Assembly (NCBI GenBank): GCA_963762255.1
Contig: CAVXKA010000001.1
Location: 256,001-320,000, forward strand
DNA length: 64,000 bases
Reading direction: 5' to 3'
Origin: Candidatus Eiseniibacteriota bacterium
Lineage (GTDB): Bacteria; Eisenbacteria; RBG-16-71-46; JABDJR01
In this document: positions 8,091-17,394 of the stretch, piece after piece
Position numbering within the stretch: the first letter of the stretch is position 1
Layout of the letters: every line of letters begins with the position of its first letter
Position numbers and translations under genes: made by a program
Notes under the pieces: model-generated
Databases searched by the model: none
Seen by the model: the letters and a program-made list of their open reading frames with translations, nothing else
What the model was told of the DNA's origin: nothing

Positions 8091-10271
8091 TCAGAACTTG
8101 ATAATCGCCTCGAGCTGGAAGCGCTTCTCGTCTTCCAACTCCTGCTCCGCGCTGCGGACGGTGCCCGCCATGTTCAGGTACTGGGTCTTCGCCGCGTTGC
8201 CGTCGGCTCCCCGCTCGAAAATGAACATATCCCGGCCGATGTGCTTGTACTCGTTGGCCACCCCGTCGATCACCCACGGGTCCACTCCCCAGGACAGGCC
8301 CATCTCCATGGCCGGCGTGAACCGGTACTTGAGCTCCACGAAATGCGAGGTGAAGGTGTCCTTGAGCCGGAGCACCGGATCGTCGTAACGGACAATACGC
8401 GTGTCGGTGTTGAGACCGAGCCGCCGGGTGAGATCGAGGTGGAACGCGATCTGGTTGTCCCAGTACTTGGGCTTACGGCTCAAGCCGGTCGAATTCAGGA
8501 TTGCCCAGTACTCCACCGAGACATTGCGCGGGCGGTAGAAGGTCCACTTGGCGTGCGGCTTCCACGAGACCACGTCCTCGCCGCCCAGCATCACCAGACG
8601 GTCCACCGTGACCACGTGCTCGCCCTGCTCCAGCCAGAAGTTGTTGCTGTCGAACCAGAACTGATCGGTCCACGTCGCGCGGCGGTCGTAGCGGAAATCG
8701 TAGTAGTCCACCTTGAGCTCGGCTTCCCAGGGCCAGAGCTTCCATTCCGCTCCGTCGAACTTCACCCCGGTCCGGTACGTGGTCACCGCGTTGTAGCGGG
8801 TCTCGGGCGCGTACGTGCGATTGACGAGATCCGCGTCCTGGAACTCCATGGCGCCGGTCAGGTGCCAGCCTCGATAGGCGAAGTAGTGCACTCCGGCCGT
8901 GAACCGGCGGCTGGTGTTGAGCCGGAGGGTGCGGCTGTTCTCTCCACGCAGGGTCTGGGTGGTATCCGCGCCGGTGCCGTTGACGGAATCGATCCCGGAG
9001 TAGGTGATCTGGCGGTACTCGCCCTTGCCCGTTCCGATCCAGCTCTCGCCGCCGAGGACCTCGCCGAACAACTCGACGCCGGAGGGATCGTTCCGATAGC
9101 GGAGATCCAACCCGCCGCCGTGCCAGCTCTCCACCGTGCGCGGGAAGTAGCGGACGAAAAGACGGCGGGAATCTGCGGAGAGCGCTTGGTCGTCCACGAT
9201 CTGGACCAGCGCCCCCGGGTTCCGCCCGCGATCCACTCGGTAGGAGACTCCGGCGGTCAGACTCTCTCCGAGCGGGCGCGTCCACCGTGTGGCCAGCACG
9301 TTCTTGTTGTTGTCGGACGTGTTGACGTTGTACCGGCTGGTCCCGAACGCGGTGCCGCTCGGGGCGCCGATCACATCGCTCTTCAGGGTCTGGAGCGGAA
9401 CGTCCTGCGGGCTGTCGACGCCGCCGGTCCGGAAATCATCCGAGTACAGAAGGCGCCCCTCGAACTTGCCGAACTGCCGCCATGCCATCACTCCCTGCTG
9501 GTTGTAGCCCCAGGAGTGGTGGTACAGGCCGACGTCGCCGACCAGGTGCAGCGGATCGTCCCACACGCCCACCGAATCGTTGTCGAAGGCGACGAGGTTG
9601 ATGTCCTCGTTCTGCAGGAGGAGGCTCCCCCGGTCGAAGCGGAGGTTCGACTCCCAGAGTTGCACGTTCTGGTTCTGGTTGTTGATGTTGGTGAGAACGT
9701 GGGCGGTCAGATCTTCGTTCACGCGGATATTGAAGTCGAGGTCGATGTCGAAGTTGGGCCGGTCCAGATTCCACTCGGGGTTGCTCCCGGGGATCTTGCG
9801 GTCCTGCATGAGCACGATGTAGCGGGATCCCAGGAACACCTTGGGGGAGAGCTCGGTGTTGGAGGTGGCTTTCAGGACCACCACTTTTCCGTCCCCGCCG
9901 ATCTTCACCAGCGAGTTGCCGAAGTCGCCGCCGGTGACCGGATTCTCCGGATCCGCCACCCATTGTCCGTCGACCACGAACTTGTACTGGTGCTCGCCGG
10001 CGGTGAGCGGAACAACGACGGACCACACCCCGTCTCCACTCCGGGTCAAGGGCGCGACGGTGGCATTCCAATCGTTGAAATCGCCGGCCAGGCTTACCTG
10101 GCCCGCGTAGGAATCGGTGTAGGAGAACCGGACGCCTCCCGCCGCCGATTCGACTCCCGCCCCGGCCGGGGCCGCCCAAGGCAGCGCCAGCACCAGGACG
10201 AGCAGCGCCCATCCGATCCGCCACAGGCCCCTCGGCGGGGCCGTCCGAAACGAGGTCGGGATCGATCGCAT
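8091..10271 (-). CDS. N-terminal CBM48 domain fused to a putative outer-membrane beta-barrel
   Basis: Signal peptide, VSLAGDFNDW...HQYKFVVDGQWVADPEN, then amphipathic aromatic-rich strands ending FQLEAIIKF (BAM beta-signal-like). Confidence 0.75.
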   Translation of the reverse strand: MRSIPTSFRTAPPRGLWRIGWALLVLVLALPWAAPAGAGVESAAGGVRFSYTDSYAGQVSLAGDFNDWNATVAPLTRSGDGVWSVVVPLTAGEHQYKFVVDGQWVADPENPVTGGDFGNSLVKIGGDGKVVVLKATSNTELSPKVFLGSRYIVLMQDRKIPGSNPEWNLDRPNFDIDLDFNIRVNEDLTAHVLTNINNQNQNVQLWESNLRFDRGSLLLQNEDINLVAFDNDSVGVWDDPLHLVGDVGLYHHSWGYNQQGVMAWRQFGKFEGRLLYSDDFRTGGVDSPQDVPLQTLKSDVIGAPSGTAFGTSRYNVNTSDNNKNVLATRWTRPLGESLTAGVSYRVDRGRNPGALVQIVDDQALSADSRRLFVRYFPRTVESWHGGGLDLRYRNDPSGVELFGEVLGGESWIGTGKGEYRQITYSGIDSVNGTGADTTQTLRGENSRTLRLNTSRRFTAGVHYFAYRGWHLTGAMEFQDADLVNRTYAPETRYNAVTTYRTGVKFDGAEWKLWPWEAELKVDYYDFRYDRRATWTDQFWFDSNNFWLEQGEHVVTVDRLVMLGGEDVVSWKPHAKWTFYRPRNVSVEYWAILNSTGLSRKPKYWDNQIAFHLDLTRRLGLNTDTRIVRYDDPVLRLKDTFTSHFVELKYRFTPAMEMGLSWGVDPWVIDGVANEYKHIGRDMFIFERGADGNAAKTQYLNMAGTVRSAEQELEDEKRFQLEAIIKF

Positions 10272-11857
10272 CAGAAGGTCCCCTTCAAAGTGAGACGGAC
10301 CAGATCCTTGTTGTCGGCGCTTCCCTCGAGGTTTCCCTCGTAGACGGGGTTGCTTCCGCCGCCGATCCAGAACGGACCGTAGGCCAGGAACAGCTCCAGG
10401 TTGGGGCGGGGCCGGTACTGAAGCTCGCTGAAGAGCCCCTTCCTCACCCGGGCGGGGTCGTTGCCGAACGTGAAACGGTTGTACATCTTGACCGTGCTGC
10501 TGATGTTCACCGAGGTTTCGAACGAACCGAGTTCCTTCTGGAAGACGGTGCTGAGATCCCGGATCCGGAACTGCAAGCGCATCCAGGCCAACTTGTTCTC
10601 GACCTGCATCTCGGCGAAGACGTCGTCGTTGTCGGTGACCTGCTTGATCGTGGTGTTTCCGTCGTTCTGCCAGTCACGGGTGGTGCGCTTGCGGTAGAAC
10701 AGCTTGCTGGTGAACCCGTTCACGAACTCGACGTAGGCTTCGGAGTAGAACTCGGTGACATGCCGGCTCTGGTTCACGCGCTTGGTATAGGAGAGGTAGT
10801 TGTTCGAAAGCGTGATGGCCCGCCCCGGAACCAGGTACCAGGTGTTGACGTAGTAGCCGTTCTCGTCGCTGTTGCCGTCGCCGAGCTGGTTGCGGAACTG
10901 GGGCCCGTAGTACCAGCAACTGGGGGCGACGTTGAGATACCCGACCCGATAGTCCCCCACCCGTAGAGACCGGATCTCCGCTTTCACCACCGCGTCGTCG
11001 GGAAGCCCGTCCTCGGGGTGGCGGAGGCTGAACTTCGAGACGTCCATCGCGTCGCTGCGGTAGGGGGTGCCGACCGTGCGCTGCTGGCCTTCCGCATACT
11101 CGAGCGAGAAATCGATGTTGCTCCACGTGTAGCGCAGGTCGCCGGCCCAGACTTCGGTGACCGAAGCCTGATCCACCCCCGATCGCTTCACCGTGTTCTT
11201 GTGGTTCCAGGTGACGCCGCTACGGAGCTTGCCGCCGAAGAACTCGCGCCGGAGTCGGCCGATGTAGGCGTCGTCGGTGGCGGTCGGCTTGTCGGGAAGA
11301 GAACCGTTGGAGGGATTGCTCTGGGAAGAAAAGTCGCTCGCGATCAGGTTGATGTAGGTGGAGCCCTTGACCCCCAACATGGAATCGCGCGACCAGAGGT
11401 TAAGCCGCACGCCTTGCGCGTTGCCGCCGTCGTTGGAGGATCCCCCCTGGACGACCTGGATGAGGTGGTTGTCCACCCAGAAACGATCCTGGCGGCTGAA
11501 CAGGTAGGTCTCGATCCCCTTTCCGTTCACGTCCCGGTTGTAGCGCACGTGGGCTTCTCGGTACTGGAAGAGCGGTCTGCGGTTGCTGTTGCTCCCGGTG
11601 TTCCACTCCGCCTCGAACTTGGTGAATGCCTCCAGACCCGGGATCGGCTGGCTGAACAGCCGGAACTGCGTGTTGTTGAAGGTGTCGTTGCTGTTGCTGT
11701 CGAAGTCCCACTCGTAGCGGCGGTCCTGCTTTCGGACGTCGAGCTGGAAGACGTACTCGCCCTCAAGGCGGGTGAACGCCAGGACGGGGAGGGCCCCGGC
11801 CAGCAGGGCGGAGACGGCGAGCGCGGCAACGAGGAGGCGGGGCGAGCGCGGGGTCAT
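10271..11857 (-). CDS. Putative outer-membrane beta-barrel, paralog of the 8091..10271 barrel
   Basis: Start ATG 11857 overlaps the upstream stop; signal peptide, alternating hydrophobic strands, C-terminal VRLTLKGTF. Confidence 0.7.
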   Translation of the reverse strand: MTPRSPRLLVAALAVSALLAGALPVLAFTRLEGEYVFQLDVRKQDRRYEWDFDSNSNDTFNNTQFRLFSQPIPGLEAFTKFEAEWNTGSNSNRRPLFQYREAHVRYNRDVNGKGIETYLFSRQDRFWVDNHLIQVVQGGSSNDGGNAQGVRLNLWSRDSMLGVKGSTYINLIASDFSSQSNPSNGSLPDKPTATDDAYIGRLRREFFGGKLRSGVTWNHKNTVKRSGVDQASVTEVWAGDLRYTWSNIDFSLEYAEGQQRTVGTPYRSDAMDVSKFSLRHPEDGLPDDAVVKAEIRSLRVGDYRVGYLNVAPSCWYYGPQFRNQLGDGNSDENGYYVNTWYLVPGRAITLSNNYLSYTKRVNQSRHVTEFYSEAYVEFVNGFTSKLFYRKRTTRDWQNDGNTTIKQVTDNDDVFAEMQVENKLAWMRLQFRIRDLSTVFQKELGSFETSVNISSTVKMYNRFTFGNDPARVRKGLFSELQYRPRPNLELFLAYGPFWIGGGSNPVYEGNLEGSADNKDLVRLTLKGTF

Positions 11858-12732
11858 CGGCGGGCCCCCCTCTCGGGAAGACTCAGACGGAGCGATGCCC
11901 GGTAGGTGTTGCCCAGCATCGCGTGAGTGAGGAACGCAGTGTCGACTTCCCAACGCGTTCCCTTGACGCCGATGCCGCCGGCGAATTCCTCGTCGTAGAT
12001 CCCGGCGCGGACGGCGAAAACATCGTAGAACCAGATCTCCCCCGCATAGTTCCACGTGGGATGATCGCCGAGGTCGGACCGGCTGCACATGATCGTCGAT
12101 TCCGGACGCCAGCGATAGGACGCCGACAGCTCCACCCCGCCGGGAACCTTGTCTCCCCCGCTGTCCCCGATGAAGTTGAACTCCGGCTCGCCGAGATTTC
12201 GCAGCACGGCGCCGAATCGCCAGTTCGTCCGTTCTTGCCACAGGAGTCCGAGATCCCCGGTGAACTTGGTCTTGGATCCGAAATCGCGGTCGGGCCCACC
12301 CGCGTGACTGTCGAAGGATACGGCGGCGAGCTTACCGGTGGCGCCGAGGTGAACGGCCCGGTTGTTGTCGCGATATACCCAGCGCCCGTAGGAGAGACCG
12401 ATCAGATCCTCGGACACCACCCCATCCAGAGCCAGTCGGTGCCAGGATAGAGCCGTTCCCCCTCCGGCGAAGGGGAGCCCGGCGACCACGGACCCCGAGG
12501 TGAGATCCTCGACCATATAAGGACGCGAGTAGGTGAATAGACCCTGGGGCTGAGCGAGGACCGACAGCGCTGCGGGATTCCAGTGAGCGGCGGAAACGTC
12601 CTCGACGGCAGCGCCGAAGCTCCCGGCCAAGGCAAGTCCCCGCGCATCCACGTCAACACGTTCGAAGTAGGCACCGGCCGGAGCCGCGAGAAGAAGCACG
12701 GCTAGAAGCGCAAGCGGCAGCGCGCGCGTCAT
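11854..12732 (-). CDS. PorV/PorP-like (T9SS shuttle-type, FadL-like) beta-barrel
   Basis: DARGLALAGSFGAAVEDVSAAHWNPAAL N-terminal motif typical of the PorV/PorQ family; C-terminal LGNTYRASL; start ATG 12732. Confidence 0.75.
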   Translation of the reverse strand: MTRALPLALLAVLLLAAPAGAYFERVDVDARGLALAGSFGAAVEDVSAAHWNPAALSVLAQPQGLFTYSRPYMVEDLTSGSVVAGLPFAGGGTALSWHRLALDGVVSEDLIGLSYGRWVYRDNNRAVHLGATGKLAAVSFDSHAGGPDRDFGSKTKFTGDLGLLWQERTNWRFGAVLRNLGEPEFNFIGDSGGDKVPGGVELSASYRWRPESTIMCSRSDLGDHPTWNYAGEIWFYDVFAVRAGIYDEEFAGGIGVKGTRWEVDTAFLTHAMLGNTYRASLRLSLPERGARR

Positions 12733-12772
12733 CTCATCGCCCTCCCGCCGTTGGAACGATCCGGCGCCCGCA

Positions 12773-14131
12773 TCACCGGACCACCGCGATGCCGCGCCGG
12801 GCCTGGTCCTGGTCGGGCTCCAGGACGATCTGAAGGACGTAGATGCCGGCCTTGAGCAGCATCCCGTCGTCGTCGCGTCCGTCGAAGACGTTGGCCACAT
12901 GGGGTTCCGGAGCCTCCAGCTCGGCGGGCGTGAAGGCGTAGCTGTCATAGATCGTCCGCACGCGCTCGCCGTTCATATCGAAAACCCGCGCGGTGAACTT
13001 GATGCGCCGGGTGCGCCGCAGGTTCTCGTCGGTGATCCGCGGCGTCACGGTGAACCGGAATCCAAGGACATCGCCGAGCTCGGGAGCGATCGCCTTGGGC
13101 ACCGCCGTGAACTGATCGATCTGCAGGGCTTGCCCACGCACCGGCGGCGGCACGAAGAAGTAGCTCTCGACGTAGGCGGCATACTCCTCGGGAGTCTGCT
13201 GCGCGGAGGGCACCCGAACCGGAACGCCGAAATCGGCCACATGGTCCGGCGTGGCTCCCCCCGCAGCATTCACACGGTCGAGGGGGATGCGCACGAAGTT
13301 GTCCAGCACCACCGGGACCGCCGAGTCGACTTGCGTACCGCTGATGTTGTCGGGAGCGGTGTCGGGCCCGCCCCCGCCGTCGCCGCCGGTCGTGACCCAC
13401 GCGGCGAGCCGGATCTCCGTGACATCCGTGGGCATGACATAGACCGAGTCGCCGTAGTCGGCGCTGTACTCCCATGTCCCCTTGCCGAGGAAGATCGTAT
13501 CCCAGGGGATCGCCGCCTCCATGGCCCGGTTGGGAAGATCGCCGTTGAAGTTGGCGACGGTGAGGAAGCTCTCGGTAGCGACCTGGCTGTCCCGATTGGG
13601 CCCGGTGTAAGTCCAGAGCTGGGGAACGGTGTTGCGGTCCCAGGTGGCAAGGAAGACCTCGGGATTGAATCCGTTGTCGAACGAGACCGAGCGCCGCCAC
13701 CCTCCTTCGATCGACGAGAACGAGGTCCACCCCGGGTTCTGGCGGTCGGGCAGGGTGTCGAAGAAGATCATGATGTTGTTGTTGAAGCTGTACCCCTCGA
13801 CCGCCACATAGAGAAAGCGTGCGTCCCACGTGATGCGAATGTTGTTGATGTCGTTGAAGCGGCCCCACTGGGAGTCGATCGCGCTCTCCTCGGGCGCCCC
13901 ATTCGGCGTGCGCTGAAAGATCGTCTCGTCGTCCAAATAATCCGCGGTCGACCCGTCGATGACGATTCGATCGGTGAGGTCGATCGCGGTGCCGGCGCGA
14001 GCGATCGGAGCGGACAAGAAGAGAGCGAGAATGACCACCGCCGGAAGTGCCCGGCAGGCGGGCAAACCGCCGCGCAGCGCACTCTGCGAGGCCGTTCGCA
14101 GCCAAGAGCGGAGGGACGAATGGAGGTTCAC
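12773..14131 (-). CDS. Secreted DOMON-like protein with FlgD-Ig/T9SS-like C-terminal sorting domain
   Basis: Signal peptide; IVIDG...DINNIRITWDARFLYVAVEG; C-terminal VFDMNGERVRTI...FDGRDDDGMLLKAGIYVLQI. Confidence 0.75.
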   Translation of the reverse strand: MNLHSSLRSWLRTASQSALRGGLPACRALPAVVILALFLSAPIARAGTAIDLTDRIVIDGSTADYLDDETIFQRTPNGAPEESAIDSQWGRFNDINNIRITWDARFLYVAVEGYSFNNNIMIFFDTLPDRQNPGWTSFSSIEGGWRRSVSFDNGFNPEVFLATWDRNTVPQLWTYTGPNRDSQVATESFLTVANFNGDLPNRAMEAAIPWDTIFLGKGTWEYSADYGDSVYVMPTDVTEIRLAAWVTTGGDGGGGPDTAPDNISGTQVDSAVPVVLDNFVRIPLDRVNAAGGATPDHVADFGVPVRVPSAQQTPEEYAAYVESYFFVPPPVRGQALQIDQFTAVPKAIAPELGDVLGFRFTVTPRITDENLRRTRRIKFTARVFDMNGERVRTIYDSYAFTPAELEAPEPHVANVFDGRDDDGMLLKAGIYVLQIVLEPDQDQARRGIAVVR

Positions 14132-14185
14132 GCGTTCAAGCCTTCCGAGTGAGGGCGAGCCTGATGCGGAGAGGATAGGGTCCCG

Positions 14186-14199
14186 TTGGACCGCTCCAA
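14186..14199. promoter_or_regulatory. LacI-family operator copy 2 (TTGGACCGCTCCAA)
   Basis: Palindrome abutting the -10 box of the operon promoter. Confidence 0.8.
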
Positions 14200-14228
14200 A
14201 AACTAGTGGAGAGGTCGCCGGGTGTCAA
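14200..14228 (-). promoter_or_regulatory. sigma70 promoter of the glucan-uptake operon
   Basis: Minus strand TTGACA-17 nt-TAGTTT. Confidence 0.75.
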
Positions 14229-14268
14229 GCCATCGGGGACATCGGAGGAGGATCCGTGCGCCGACCGG

Positions 14269-15309
14269 TCAGGGTTGGGACACGGGCGGTGGGCCGCTTG
14301 ACTCGCGCGCCACCAACCGGGTGGGAACGACCCGCTCCACCGGTTCCGGATCCCGGAGTTCGAGGATCTCGAGCAGGAGCTGGGTGGCCATGCGGCCGAT
14401 GTCGTAGATGGGCTGCGAGAGGGTCGTCAGACGGGGGCGCACGTAGGTGGTCAGCCGGATGTCGTCCGCTCCAACGACCGTCAAGTCCTCTGGGACGTGC
14501 AGTCCGAACTCCTCCTGCGCCACGCGGAGCGCTCCCAGGGCCATCATGTCGTTGGCCGCCATCAGCGCCGTCGGGCGAGGGCGACGTACGAGAAGCGCCC
14601 GCGCCGCCTCGGCCCCACTCGATTCTGAAAAATTTCCCCAAAGACGAAGGTCGTCCTCCATGGCGATTCCCGCTTCGGCGAGGCCGTCCAGAAATCCGAG
14701 GCTGCGGTCCTGCCCCACCGTCGTGTTCTCGAGCCCGCCGATGAACGCGATGCGGCGGTGCCCGAGCGAGACGAGGTGACCGACCATCTCGCGGGCCCCG
14801 GACCGGTTGTCCGCGTAGACCGCGCTCGCTCCCGGCATGCGGGTGTTGACCAGCACCAGCGGCGTCCGCAATTCGATCAACTCGCGGACGTAGGCATCCT
14901 CCTTGATCGTGCCGAGCAGCAGCATGCCGTCGGCGGCGCCCTGCCGAAGCAGGCGGCGATGGGTCGCGTGTTCGAGGAAGCGCGCGTTGGCCATTTCGAT
15001 CACGAGTCGATACCCGGCCTCGGAGAGCACGTCGGAAATGCCGCTGATGGCCTCGGCGAAATAGACGTCGGCGAGCACGTGCGATCCGGTGGCGGGCAGG
15101 ATGACCGCCGCGGCGTTGGCGCGCCGGCGCGCGAGGCCGCGGGCCATGGTGTTGGGCTGGTAGCCCGCTGTCTCGATCACTTCGAGCACGCGGTCCCGGG
15201 TCACGGCGGTGATGCGCGGGTCGCCGTTGATGACGAGCGACACCGTCGAGCGCGAGACGCCGGCCAGGCGCGCGATGTCCCGAATGGTGGGCTTCGCAGT
15301 TTCGTGCAC
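14269..15309 (-). CDS. LacI-family transcriptional regulator
   Basis: PTIRDIARLAGVSRSTVSLVING HTH, YQPNTMARGL hinge, VPEDLTVVGADD, LTTLSQP; GTG 15309 with GAGAGG RBS. Confidence 0.92.
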   Translation of the reverse strand: MHETAKPTIRDIARLAGVSRSTVSLVINGDPRITAVTRDRVLEVIETAGYQPNTMARGLARRRANAAAVILPATGSHVLADVYFAEAISGISDVLSEAGYRLVIEMANARFLEHATHRRLLRQGAADGMLLLGTIKEDAYVRELIELRTPLVLVNTRMPGASAVYADNRSGAREMVGHLVSLGHRRIAFIGGLENTTVGQDRSLGFLDGLAEAGIAMEDDLRLWGNFSESSGAEAARALLVRRPRPTALMAANDMMALGALRVAQEEFGLHVPEDLTVVGADDIRLTTYVRPRLTTLSQPIYDIGRMATQLLLEILELRDPEPVERVVPTRLVARESSGPPPVSQP

Positions 15310-15346
15310 GAGAATCCTCTCCGAAAAACCGCGGGGATTCGTTGCG

Positions 15347-15365
15347 TTGGATCGGTCCAATTATA
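15347..15365 (-). promoter_or_regulatory. LacI operator copy 3 (TTGGATCGGTCCAA, 15347-15360) overlapping a perfect TATAAT -10 (15360-15365); probable autoregulation
   Basis: Palindrome directly upstream of the LacI gene. Confidence 0.75.
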
Positions 15366-17394
15366 CGCCTCGGCCTCGTCCAAGCCGAGCCATCGCCACG
15401 AGGGCGACCACGCCCACGGCAAGGGCCCCGATCAGGATCCCGAGCGGGGGGACCGCGTCCTCCGCTAGCCAGGGAATCCGCCCCACGACCGCCGTGTTCG
15501 TGGCCAGGACCGCGATCGCGTTGTTGGCCGCGTGGAGCACGATCGAGGGCCAGAGGCTCCCGGTCACCAAGGCCACCCAGCCAAGGACGAGCCCCAGCAC
15601 GGCGGTGGGAAGGAGGCGGTACAGATCGAAGTGGAAGGCCCCGAACAGGAGCGCCGACCAGAGGACAGCCTTGGCGGGGGAGACGCGCTGGAGCAGCCCC
15701 CGGAGCACGTAACCGCGGAAGAGAGTCTCCTCGCACAGGGCAGGCAGGACGGCGAAGACGAGGATTGCCAGCGCGAGCCCTCCCCCGCTCTCTGTGGTGA
15801 CGAGACGGTGCATGATCTCCCGATAGGACTCGGGGATCTGGACCACGACTCCCTGCAGGATCGCCGCCAACGCGGCGAGGCCGGTGGCGACCGGCGCGGC
15901 GAGCAGAGCCAGGAGCGGGAGCGCGGCGGGTCGGGGGCGACCGAGCCGAAGCGTGCGCACGATCGGGATGCCCAGCATGCGCAGTGAAATGAGCGGAATC
16001 CCGGCGATGACCGCGAGTTGGGTCACGGCCAGCCCGAGCTTCACGCCGTGCATCTGGAGCGGCGTGCCGACGTAGAAGAAACCGAGGAGCACGAGAAGGA
16101 AGACGGGGGCCACCACCGAGGGAGTGAGCACGCCTTCCCGCGTGCGCTCGGCGCGGGGGAGAAGGCTTCGCCACGAGAATCGCATCGCACCGCCGCCGTC
16201 CTCCAGCATGGTCTCGGCGCCGAAGAGGCTTACTGCGCGATGCAGCAGCAGGAGTGCGAGCCCGGTCATGACGGCCATGGTCACGACCAGGAAGGGACCG
16301 GGCACGTTCCCGAGGAGGAACTCGCGAGAGAGAAGAACGACGTTGGCCACCGGCACCAGGGCCAGGGTCGGGCTCAGCTCGATCCCCGGCAGCATGGTGA
16401 CGTAGGCGGGAGCCACGCAGGCCAGCACGAGCGGCGACAGATAGTTCTGCGCCTCCTTGAACGATCGTGCAAATGACGCCACCAGGACGGACAGCGCGCT
16501 GAAGAAGAGCGCCATCGGGATCATGATCGCGAAGATGAGGAGGATCGCCCGCCAATCCACGAGAGAGACCAGTCCCTGCGCGGCTGACCCGCCCAACTTG
16601 GCGCTCCCGATGAGAAAGAAGATGGTGAAGGCGATCGAGACGAGGTTGGCCAGCGTGGTGACCAGCGACGCGATGAACACGGTCAGGAACTTGCCGAGGA
16701 CCAGATTGAAACGGCCGGCGGGGGTCACGAGCAGGGTCTCGAGCGTTCCCCGCTCGCGCTCTCCCGCGGTCACGTCGATGGCGGGATAGAACGCCCCGGT
16801 CATCATCATGATCACGAGGATGACGGGGAGGAATCGCCCCACGAACGAGCCGCCCATCTGGCGTGCGTCAGCGGCGTTGTCCACGCGCACGTCGAAGGGA
16901 CGGGTGAAGGTCTCGGGGAGGCTGCGCTCGGCCAGCCGCCGGGTCACGACCCGGTCACGCCAATCGAACAGGAAGTTCTCCATACGGTCGCGCATTTCCG
17001 TCCCGCGATCGCGCGAGAGGTCGACGCGCACGACGGCCTCGGCGCTGTCCTGGCGCGCGATCCGCGATTCGAAGTCGGCGGGGAGCTCCACGATGACATC
17101 GATGTCGCGCGCCTTGAGAGCGGAATCGGGCTGAGCGGGCTGGAGGAGGACGAAGGTGGTGTCCGCGGCGAGCGCCTGCGCCAGCTCAGGGGCCGCGTCG
17201 GCGGGTACGAACGCCACCCGCGCGCGGCTCTGGCGAAGCTTCTCGACCTGCTGGAGCCCCAACTGGGAGATCACGATGATGAGGAGCGGGTAGATGAGCA
17301 GCGGCAGCACCACCATGGCGAGGATCGTGCGCCGGTCGCGCAGCGTGTCGAGGGTTTCCTTGCGCCAAACGAGAAGGATCTCAGCCCAGCTCAC
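15361..17394 (-). CDS. natB: NatB-like ABC-2 permease fused to a CPBP (CAAX/Abi) intramembrane protease
   Basis: AGERERGTLETLL, ARSFKEAQ; C-terminal EETLFRG, FGAFH, LHAANN; GTG start 17394. Confidence 0.85.
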   Translation of the reverse strand: MSWAEILLVWRKETLDTLRDRRTILAMVVLPLLIYPLLIIVISQLGLQQVEKLRQSRARVAFVPADAAPELAQALAADTTFVLLQPAQPDSALKARDIDVIVELPADFESRIARQDSAEAVVRVDLSRDRGTEMRDRMENFLFDWRDRVVTRRLAERSLPETFTRPFDVRVDNAADARQMGGSFVGRFLPVILVIMMMTGAFYPAIDVTAGERERGTLETLLVTPAGRFNLVLGKFLTVFIASLVTTLANLVSIAFTIFFLIGSAKLGGSAAQGLVSLVDWRAILLIFAIMIPMALFFSALSVLVASFARSFKEAQNYLSPLVLACVAPAYVTMLPGIELSPTLALVPVANVVLLSREFLLGNVPGPFLVVTMAVMTGLALLLLHRAVSLFGAETMLEDGGGAMRFSWRSLLPRAERTREGVLTPSVVAPVFLLVLLGFFYVGTPLQMHGVKLGLAVTQLAVIAGIPLISLRMLGIPIVRTLRLGRPRPAALPLLALLAAPVATGLAALAAILQGVVVQIPESYREIMHRLVTTESGGGLALAILVFAVLPALCEETLFRGYVLRGLLQRVSPAKAVLWSALLFGAFHFDLYRLLPTAVLGLVLGWVALVTGSLWPSIVLHAANNAIAVLATNTAVVGRIPWLAEDAVPPLGILIGALAVGVVALVAMARLGRGRGV

